The position numbers and the translations under genes were made by a program. From an uncultured Nitrospiraceae bacterium (lineage in GTDB: Bacteria; Nitrospirota; UBA9217): a stretch of 45,008 nucleotides of DNA. This document shows, one piece after another, positions 35,872-42,885 of the stretch. Below the pieces are notes generated by a model. It ran no database searches. It was not told the origin of the DNA and saw nothing but the letters and a program-made list of their open reading frames with translations. The stretch lies in the NCBI GenBank assembly GCA_964364055.1, contig CAYILT010000003.1:1-45008 (forward strand), read 5' to 3'. The first letter of the stretch is position 1. Each line of letters opens with the position of its first letter.

Positions 35872-36913
35872 CAACGGCCGGCAGGGAACGCACGGGACGT
35901 GAGCAGCCGATCATGTGGGTGTGTTTGTACTTTTTGGCGTCCAGGAGCGCCCGGTCAGCGGCAAGGACCAGGTCATGGGCGCCCTTCCCGTCCTGGGGAT
36001 AGGACGCGATCCCGATGGTGACCGTGAGGCGGAACCGGTCACCGGACAACTGACTGAACCTCGTTTCTATCTCCCGTTTGATCCTGGTGACGAAAAGATC
36101 ATAGGCCTTTTCCAGCCTCGTTTCCGGCAGGATGATGACGATCTCGTCGCCGCCATACCGGGAAGCAAGGTCTGTGGCCCGGATGGCCTTCCGGATCGCC
36201 TCCCCGAGCATCGCCAGCGCTTCATCCCCCGCCTGATGGCCGTACCGGTCGTTGAACTTCTTGAAATCATCGACATCAACGAGCGCCAGCGAGAACTCCC
36301 GGCCGTGACGCTCGGCCCGCTGGAGCTCCCTGTTCAGCAGGTCCTCGAAACACCGGCGGTTGAACAATCCGGTGAGACTGTCGGTAATTGCCTGCTGCTT
36401 GACGCAGGTGTGGGTCCGCGCGTGCTGGATGGCGATCGAGGCAAAGGAGGCGAGGATCTCGAGCTCCTGGAGGTCCGCTTGGGAGAATGTGCGGGGGGTG
36501 AAATCGTCCACGTAGAGGATTCCCACAGTCTCCCGCTGGTGGATGAGCGGGACGCAGACGAGGGACTTGATCCCCTCGTCCCGGGCAATGGGATTGGAGA
36601 AGAAAGATTTGTTCGCAGTATTGGAAATGACCGTGATGCCTTTATGTCTGATGATCCGGTCGGTCAGCCCCCCGCGCCGTAACGGCCATTCACGGTTGGC
36701 GATGAAATGCCTGGAGAACCCCCGGTGGGCGTGGATGCGAAGCGTGTTGGTTTCCGGGTTATAAAGGGCAATGCTTCCGGCCCCCGTTTTCGTCACTTCA
36801 ATGGATTTCTTGAGGACCGTGGCAAGGGCCTTATCGAGGTCCAGCTGGGAAACGACGGTCCTCGCAGTGCCGAGGATGTCGCTCAGGCGGGTGTTCATCT
36901 TCAAGATCCCCAT
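35861..36913 (-). CDS. GAF-GGDEF diguanylate cyclase
   Basis: GAF domain, TDSLTGLFNRR, DVDDFKKFNDRYGH, RATD I-site, GGDEI. Confidence 0.92.
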   Translation of the reverse strand: MGILKMNTRLSDILGTARTVVSQLDLDKALATVLKKSIEVTKTGAGSIALYNPETNTLRIHAHRGFSRHFIANREWPLRRGGLTDRIIRHKGITVISNTANKSFFSNPIARDEGIKSLVCVPLIHQRETVGILYVDDFTPRTFSQADLQELEILASFASIAIQHARTHTCVKQQAITDSLTGLFNRRCFEDLLNRELQRAERHGREFSLALVDVDDFKKFNDRYGHQAGDEALAMLGEAIRKAIRATDLASRYGGDEIVIILPETRLEKAYDLFVTRIKREIETRFSQLSGDRFRLTVTIGIASYPQDGKGAHDLVLAADRALLDAKKYKHTHMIGCSRPVRSLPAVAIP

Positions 36914-36976
36914 GAATGCTCCTTCCGGTCTTTCCCTTCAAAAGCCATGCGACCAGAAAATGATTAAGTAACCCTA

Positions 36977-37819
36977 TCACAGGATCAGCAGGTTGTCAAT
37001 TAACCTGATGCCTCCGAGCCGTACTGCAATAAGCAGCGCCATTCCGCCCCCTACCCGTTCGAGCGGCGCGAGACGGTCCGGATCGGCAACTTCAACATAG
37101 TCGATCTCGACACCCTTCTCATGGACCAGGATCGCTCGCATTTTCTGCTTTATTGTTTCCGGCTCCCGGACCCCGTTTTTTATCAGTTCCTCGCCTGCCG
37201 CGAGCGCCCGAAAGAGACAGGTGGCCTTTTGCCGCTGTTCCGGATCGAGATAAGAGTTCCGTGAGCTCATCGCAAGGCCGTCGGCCTCCCGCACCGTGGG
37301 CAGGACGATGACCTCGACGTCGAGGTTCAACCCGATGACCATCTGCTTGATGACCGCGCACTGCTGAAAGTCCTTCTGGCCGAAGTATGCCTTGTGGGGC
37401 TTCACGATATTAAAGAGCTTGGCCACCACCGTCGCAACGCCGCGGAAGTGGCCAGGCCGGATGGCGCCCTCGAGGATGTCCGATATCCCCTCGACGGTCA
37501 CGAACACCGATGGCTTTTCGGGATACATCTCCGCGGCGGAAGGCATGAATAGAATGTCCACGCCCGCCGACTTGCACTTTGCCCGGTCCCCTTCTGCGTC
37601 GCGCGGATAGCGGTCCAGGTCCTCCTTCGGTCCGAACTGCGCGGGATTCACGAAAATACTCACGACTGTTACGTCGCACTCTTTTTCTGACGCGTGCATA
37701 AGCGACAGGTGCCCTTTATGGAGAAAGCCCATGGTGGGCACAAAGCCGATTGTCTTCCCCTGCATACGGAGGGAATCGGCGAGGGACTGCATGTCGGAGA
37801 CGGAGGTGATGGTTTTCAT
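36977..37819 (-). CDS. panC: Pantoate--beta-alanine ligase
   Basis: GFVPTMGFLHKGH, SIFVNPAQF, RPGHFRGV, FGQKDFQQ, LAMSSRN, RLIDN. Confidence 0.97.
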   Translation of the reverse strand: MKTITSVSDMQSLADSLRMQGKTIGFVPTMGFLHKGHLSLMHASEKECDVTVVSIFVNPAQFGPKEDLDRYPRDAEGDRAKCKSAGVDILFMPSAAEMYPEKPSVFVTVEGISDILEGAIRPGHFRGVATVVAKLFNIVKPHKAYFGQKDFQQCAVIKQMVIGLNLDVEVIVLPTVREADGLAMSSRNSYLDPEQRQKATCLFRALAAGEELIKNGVREPETIKQKMRAILVHEKGVEIDYVEVADPDRLAPLERVGGGMALLIAVRLGGIRLIDNLLIL

Positions 37820-37914
37820 ACTTCAGAACCTACCTTGCGAAGTTACTGATCCGCAGGCGCCGGATTTCATACGAAGTCATTTTGTCTATGCTAAGCATAT
37901 CCGGCAAGAAAACA

Positions 37915-38925
37915 TCAGGAGAACTGTTTCTTGAGGATATCCATAAATCGCAGCTCAAGTGCGTTGATCATCGACGTGACCGAAGCGACGTCTTCCATAT
38001 ACCCCTTGTCCTTGAGGAACAGATAGAACAGCTTGATTGCCGGCGGCCACTCCACGTACTCCTGGGGCGGGCCGTACACTTTCCGGATCAGGAAGTCCTC
38101 GAAATACTCCGTCAGGTAGCTGAGCGTTACGGTTTTTAAGGTGACGATATCATCATGCATGTAGCCGTAGACAAAATCAAAATAATTATAGAGACACCCG
38201 GACAGTTGATGGAATTCCGAAGGGAGCCCGCGATCGGACAGCCACTGTTTATAGCGCCTTTCAGCTTCATCCTTCGTTTCCGTCAGCAGTTTTTCGTACT
38301 CCCCGTAATCCGCCTCGTTCTCCATAAACCGGTCCAGCTTCGAGATTTTTTCAATAAGGGCGCGATCCTCCGGACCGGAAGGGATGCTGTCCTCAGTATG
38401 CCTCAGCCTGTCATAAGCAAAGGGTTTGATCTCGGCCAGGGTCTCCTTTCGCATGATCATAAAAGATGATGTGCGCTCCGCCGGTTGTTTGTCCAGCGGG
38501 AAAAGCCAGCTCCGCCGCGCGACCATTCTGGCGCGAAGCGCTTCGGCCTCATCCCCTTTGAGTCTAAACGTCTTTGAAAGGACATTGACGACCTCCGCCT
38601 TTCCCGGTCCTTCCGATTCTCCCCGTTCCTCCTCCAGCGCGTGGTTCCAGAGCAGCATGGACGCCTGCATGAGCTTGTTCAGATCATCCTTTTCCCGCGG
38701 CTCCCGGCCCAGATATTCATTGAGCGGCTTGCCGTATTCCATGATCCCCTGGGCCATGCCGATGGCCCGGAACCCCTCCGGCGCGCCCATTTCCGTGATG
38801 CCGGGGCGATAGCGCACCAGAGGTTCCGTCTGCCCGCGTGAGCTCGCGGCCTTTCCTTTGCGTTTCTCCTGTTTCCTCCGCGCCGACTTGTTGCGCCGTT
38901 TATTCATGTCCTTTTTATTCGCCAT
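37915..38925 (-). CDS. Hypothetical protein
   Basis: 336-aa ORF with a GAGG RBS and basic N-terminus; no motif recognised. Confidence 0.75.
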   Translation of the reverse strand: MANKKDMNKRRNKSARRKQEKRKGKAASSRGQTEPLVRYRPGITEMGAPEGFRAIGMAQGIMEYGKPLNEYLGREPREKDDLNKLMQASMLLWNHALEEERGESEGPGKAEVVNVLSKTFRLKGDEAEALRARMVARRSWLFPLDKQPAERTSSFMIMRKETLAEIKPFAYDRLRHTEDSIPSGPEDRALIEKISKLDRFMENEADYGEYEKLLTETKDEAERRYKQWLSDRGLPSEFHQLSGCLYNYFDFVYGYMHDDIVTLKTVTLSYLTEYFEDFLIRKVYGPPQEYVEWPPAIKLFYLFLKDKGYMEDVASVTSMINALELRFMDILKKQFS

Positions 38926-38997
38926 AAGCGCCTCAACATTGTGGTGAGAAATACTCCACCGGAATCGACCCGCTGTTTCGCATCATCGCGTCATCGA

Positions 38998-39525
38998 TCA
39001 CGGTACGTGTTCCATGATAAAATCAAGATACCCCCGTATCCCGGCCGCCGCTTTGTGCCGTTTCACCGAGGCCAGGATCTTCCGCGCCGCCTTTCTCACC
39101 TCGTCGCGGGAATAATCGTCCATGCTGAGCGTCAATCTGAGCCTACGGGTGATCGCCCTGACAACCGCGTCGTTCGATGCCGCTTCCGGCTTTATCGCGA
39201 GCTGATCCAGTGCGAGCATGACCGATGAGTCCGTCAGTTCGGGATTAGATACATAGGCGCGTTTGATCTCGCCTTCGATCGCATAGAGCAAAAAGAGGTA
39301 GAGCGGGTCCTCCCATTTCATCACCGCAGGGTCCGCGCCGTTGGAGGAAAACAGCTCCGCAAGCGGCTTCAGCCGGTACTCAACCGCTCCTTTCGGTCCG
39401 CTGATGCGGACAAGGCCACCTTCTTCCTCGTGAAAGGATATGGTATTGTCGGCCAGTTCGCTTTTGTCGTCCTGTTTTTCCCATTCGCTGATCGAGTTCA
39501 GCTTCTCGATGAATTCTCTGTCCAT
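38998..39525 (-). CDS. Hypothetical protein
   Basis: AAAGGA RBS; C-terminal ILASVKRH...GIRGYLDFI. Confidence 0.75.
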   Translation of the reverse strand: MDREFIEKLNSISEWEKQDDKSELADNTISFHEEEGGLVRISGPKGAVEYRLKPLAELFSSNGADPAVMKWEDPLYLFLLYAIEGEIKRAYVSNPELTDSSVMLALDQLAIKPEAASNDAVVRAITRRLRLTLSMDDYSRDEVRKAARKILASVKRHKAAAGIRGYLDFIMEHVP

Positions 39526-39584
39526 GCCGCGTCCTTTCGACCTGAAATAATGCCTGACCGAGCTTGCTCGGTCCGCTGATTATT

Positions 39585-40187
39585 CTATTCCATGGCCAGC
39601 TTCAGCCGCTTCGCGGGATCGTCGAACCGGATCTTTTGGGGATCAAAGTGTTCCGGATCGAATTCGCCTCCGGCCCAGTTCAGCATTTCTTCATACTGTT
39701 TATGGGCGGGGTCCATGATGATCTCCAGAAACTCCTTATACCCGTGCGGCCCGCCGCAGTCTTCGGGCGGGCATGCGCGTTCGCCGGCCACGCAGACCGG
39801 ATAGGAGACGCCCTCCGCCCTCGGTTCTATTTTCTCAAGAACGACCTCGTGCCTCCAGTCATCGCCGAAATCGTACCGGTACTTCGCCCTGGTCCGGTCG
39901 GCCGTGAAGTAATCCCTGATTTTTATCTTCCAGCCGGGGAGAATTTCCGGCTCATCATCGAAATAATCGTCCAAGGGAAGGCCGATATGCTCCTTTTCGC
40001 CTGTCGAGGGATCAATTATTTCAAATTCATGAAGATGACAATCCATCCACCGCATGCTGTCCTGTATCGCAACGTGCAGATCCCAGAATGAGTAGACTTC
40101 AGGAACCTGTATCCGCCGCCAGACTGGAGGCTTGATCCCTTTAAGCGTGATCTTAAACTGATATACCCGGTCATATTTTTTCTTCAT
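39585..40187 (-). CDS. Plasmid pRiA4b ORF-3 family protein
   Basis: YQFKITLKGIKPPVWRRI, LHVAIQ, HLHEF, YRYDFGDDWRH, ACPPEDCGG. Confidence 0.92.
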   Translation of the reverse strand: MKKKYDRVYQFKITLKGIKPPVWRRIQVPEVYSFWDLHVAIQDSMRWMDCHLHEFEIIDPSTGEKEHIGLPLDDYFDDEPEILPGWKIKIRDYFTADRTRAKYRYDFGDDWRHEVVLEKIEPRAEGVSYPVCVAGERACPPEDCGGPHGYKEFLEIIMDPAHKQYEEMLNWAGGEFDPEHFDPQKIRFDDPAKRLKLAME

Positions 40188-40191
40188 CCAA

Positions 40192-40557
40192 TCACTCCCA
40201 GGGCATTTCGTCCCAGTGCTGGAACTGCTGGACCGCTTCTTCCGCTATGCTGTAACCGGCGCCCTTGCGACTGGCCCGGCCGAAGCCCACCCCGGCGGCC
40301 TTGAACAGCGCTTCCGTTTCACCGATAAGCGGGTGCAGCCCGGAATCGTCCTCGCATTCGCAGGCCTGCTCGAAGATCAGGACCTGTTTCTTAGCCTTGG
40401 CGTCCTTCTTTTCCTTTTCGCGCGCGATTTCAAAGGCAACTTGCAGCATTCCTCCGGCGACAACGGACAGCCGATGCGTCCGCCCTCCCGGCACAAGCCG
40501 CTTCAGCATGTCCGTCCAGACGGAATATATTTTTACTCCCACGACACTCTTGATCAT
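40192..40557 (-). CDS. Hypothetical protein
   Basis: Co-oriented ORF ending 4 nt before the pRiA4b ORF-3 gene. Confidence 0.7.
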   Translation of the reverse strand: MIKSVVGVKIYSVWTDMLKRLVPGGRTHRLSVVAGGMLQVAFEIAREKEKKDAKAKKQVLIFEQACECEDDSGLHPLIGETEALFKAAGVGFGRASRKGAGYSIAEEAVQQFQHWDEMPWE

Positions 40558-40627
40558 TCCTTCGCCCCCGATCATCTCGGCTCATACACTCCTTGTTCGA
40601 CGGACGCCTTCCTTTTTACCAAGCTCT

Positions 40628-41002
40628 TCACTCGCCCCCTCTCGGCTTCAGAAAGTGCGTGGCATAGGCCTCCTCGATATTCGGCGTTCCCGATTTTGAA
40701 AAGCGGAGCTGTCTTTTCGGCCCCTTGCCCCACAACAGGTACGCTGTTTTACTCGGGCGCAGATTGCCGGTGCGCGCGTGCCGCTGAAATGCCCGAAGCA
40801 AATGGCTGATCTTCGCCAGATTCACCGTGATGACGCGCTCAGGACAAGACGCTCTGCCGAACCTCCACGCGTCGTGATTGTCCTTGGTTAATTTCCCCAT
40901 GCGCATGAGGACATCCACAAAGCTGACGTAGCCCTTCTCATCCAGCAGCATCGCGGATGCTTCCTGCATTTGAATGACCAGATCGTTGCGATTAATGCTC
41001 AT
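40628..41002 (-). CDS. Hypothetical protein
   Basis: EKGYVSFVDVL...WRFG...LRFSKSG.PNIEEAYATHF, protein-like composition. Confidence 0.7.
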   Translation of the reverse strand: MSINRNDLVIQMQEASAMLLDEKGYVSFVDVLMRMGKLTKDNHDAWRFGRASCPERVITVNLAKISHLLRAFQRHARTGNLRPSKTAYLLWGKGPKRQLRFSKSGTPNIEEAYATHFLKPRGGE

Positions 41003-41008
41003 AACACA

Positions 41009-41141
41009 TGACAACTTCGTAAAAAGTCGTGCTCACACAAAGATCACGGAGGACACAAAGAAAAACCTCTATGTTTTCAAAGTGCCTTTCTTCGTGCCTT
41101 TGTGCCTTCGTGTGAAAATATGACTTCTTACGAGACCATCA
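41009..41141. mobile_element. MITE-like element with a possible CACA target duplication
   Basis: TGACAACTTCGTAAAAAGTC / GACTTCTTACGAGACCATCA imperfect TIRs; CACA at 41005-41008 and 41142-41145. Confidence 0.7.
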
Positions 41142-41161
41142 CACATGGTCATCGCTTTCGA

Positions 41162-41614
41162 TCAAATCAAACCCGCTTCTTTCGCCATCTTCTTCGGAAT
41201 AACCATGCCGTTGGGAAGTTTGACGAACGTAAGCGCGTCGGCGATGTCCGGATTACACAATCCTTCCTGCCCCATGCGTATCCGGCAGGCCTTCTCAATA
41301 TCAGCGGCGCGCGCCGACACGGTCGTCTTTTTCGTTCCGAAGAAAGCGCTTATCATGTCCGCCGAAAGATAATGCGGGCTCTTGGAGTCAAAAAGAAAAT
41401 TCAGCCGGGCGACGACGTACACCACCGCCGCGGCCCACACTTCTTTTGCGCCGCCCGTGACGACGTAGTTCCGCTTCCGTCCGATCCGCTCCCAAAGTTT
41501 CCGCACATAGACGCCGAGTTCCGGCGTGAGCTGGGCCTGGGAAAAAGCATCAAGAAGAGCGGCGACCTCCTCGATTCGCGCTTGTTTCTTTACCTCCGCG
41601 GTTGCTTTCGTCAT
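41162..41614 (-). CDS. DUF6398-like protein
   Basis: WAAAVVYVVARLNFLFDSKSP...ISAFFGTKKTTVSARA. Confidence 0.7.
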   Translation of the reverse strand: MTKATAEVKKQARIEEVAALLDAFSQAQLTPELGVYVRKLWERIGRKRNYVVTGGAKEVWAAAVVYVVARLNFLFDSKSPHYLSADMISAFFGTKKTTVSARAADIEKACRIRMGQEGLCNPDIADALTFVKLPNGMVIPKKMAKEAGLI

Positions 41615-41640
41615 ATTATCTCCTTTATCGCATCGCTCCG

Positions 41641-42078
41641 CTACCCCCAGAATATGCACGTCGGGTCGCGGTCGATTTCGGCCAGCAATGCATCAATATT
41701 CTTCGTCGGTGATACCTTCGTGTATTCGTGCCACCGGGAATTCCGGTCAGCGCAATACAACGTCCATTTCCCGGGCTTTGCCTCATATCTGAGCCGCGCA
41801 ACAGACATGGTGGTCCACTCCGTATCGTCTTCCCTCCACGGCGCGCGGTGTTCATAAATCGTGACCGAGGCCCCCCGAAACTTGTGCGACAACCGCACCT
41901 GGGCGGCAGCCCAGGGAGGTAATCTCTTTTTCAGGAACACGTCGATTTTATGCTCGGCAAGGGATTTAGCCAGGACGAGAAGAGGCGTTTTCTTTCCCCT
42001 CGAGTCTTGCGAGACGCGAACCTCCGCCTCGGTCAGGACAGTGCGTAGAAATCGCAGTGTTTTTCTTGATAGCTCCAT
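41641..42078 (-). CDS. DUF3024-like protein
   Basis: VTIYEHRAPW...VARLRY...WTLYCADRNSRWHEY...EIDRDPTCIFWG. Confidence 0.8.
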   Translation of the reverse strand: MELSRKTLRFLRTVLTEAEVRVSQDSRGKKTPLLVLAKSLAEHKIDVFLKKRLPPWAAAQVRLSHKFRGASVTIYEHRAPWREDDTEWTTMSVARLRYEAKPGKWTLYCADRNSRWHEYTKVSPTKNIDALLAEIDRDPTCIFWG

Positions 42079-42086
42079 TATCCGCC

Positions 42087-42656
42087 CTATCCCTTTCCGC
42101 CAAGCCTGCTCTTCACCGCCTCCCAGATTTCCATTAGATCGAGACGCTCCGCCCATTCCTCAATATATTTCATATCCAATTCTTCACCGCTAATCTTTAG
42201 TATGCCAGTGATATCCCGAAGGTGTTTTTCTGATCCGCCTTCCTTGTAGAATTCCATTTTCTTGATAATAACGTCCTCCGGCGAGGCGAACGCCCCCTCC
42301 TGATCAGGAAACACCGCGCTTCTCCTCCTGCGGGGAAATTCCGATCGAGAAAATTCCGTCTGTTTTGTCAGAATTATGTCAACTTTCAAACCCGAGCCTG
42401 CATGAATGATATTGAATTGACCTCGCGTCTTTATTTCTTTGTTGATCATGTCCTTGTCGCAATAAAATTCATTCAGTGGGAAAAATGCGGCAAAGTCATC
42501 AACCTGCCCGGGCTTGATATCGGCCACGATATCGATGTCCCTTGTAAAGCGTGGTTCGCCGTAATAAGCCGACGCCTGCGAACCGGTGATCATGTATGGT
42601 ATCCCCAGAGTTTCCAGCGCGTGGATAACCAATCGCATCAGTTTACTTTGTTCCAT
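42087..42656 (-). CDS. Nucleotidyltransferase-fold protein
   Basis: YMITGSQASAYYGEPRFTRDIDIV, KVDI, SPEDVIIKK, SEKHLRDI. Confidence 0.8.
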   Translation of the reverse strand: MEQSKLMRLVIHALETLGIPYMITGSQASAYYGEPRFTRDIDIVADIKPGQVDDFAAFFPLNEFYCDKDMINKEIKTRGQFNIIHAGSGLKVDIILTKQTEFSRSEFPRRRRSAVFPDQEGAFASPEDVIIKKMEFYKEGGSEKHLRDITGILKISGEELDMKYIEEWAERLDLMEIWEAVKSRLGGKG

Positions 42657-42867
42657 AGGCCACCCGCCTGACGATCTCCTTTTGGATCTGCTCCTCCGAC
42701 CACTCGGGATGCATGCTTTTCAAATGAGCGGTAATCCGCTTCTCAAAAAAGACCCAGGCATCCCAGACCATGCTCAGCCGTTCCGGGCCGGATTTAGTTT
42801 TAATTATAGCGGCGACTGCATCATCAACTACCTCAATCTGCCCTTTATCCAGTCTATACACAGCCAT
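42643..42867 (-). CDS. Small helical partner of the nucleotidyltransferase
   Basis: 74 aa, GGAG RBS, overlaps the NTase start; ERLSM...HPEWSEEQI. Confidence 0.7.
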   Translation of the reverse strand: MAVYRLDKGQIEVVDDAVAAIIKTKSGPERLSMVWDAWVFFEKRITAHLKSMHPEWSEEQIQKEIVRRVAYGTK

Positions 42868-42885
42868 CTCCGTTCTGCGTCACAC

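Noticed and set aside
37915-42867. Integron cassette array
   Set aside because: No recurring attC-like sites between genes and no integrase; several genes overlap or abut.
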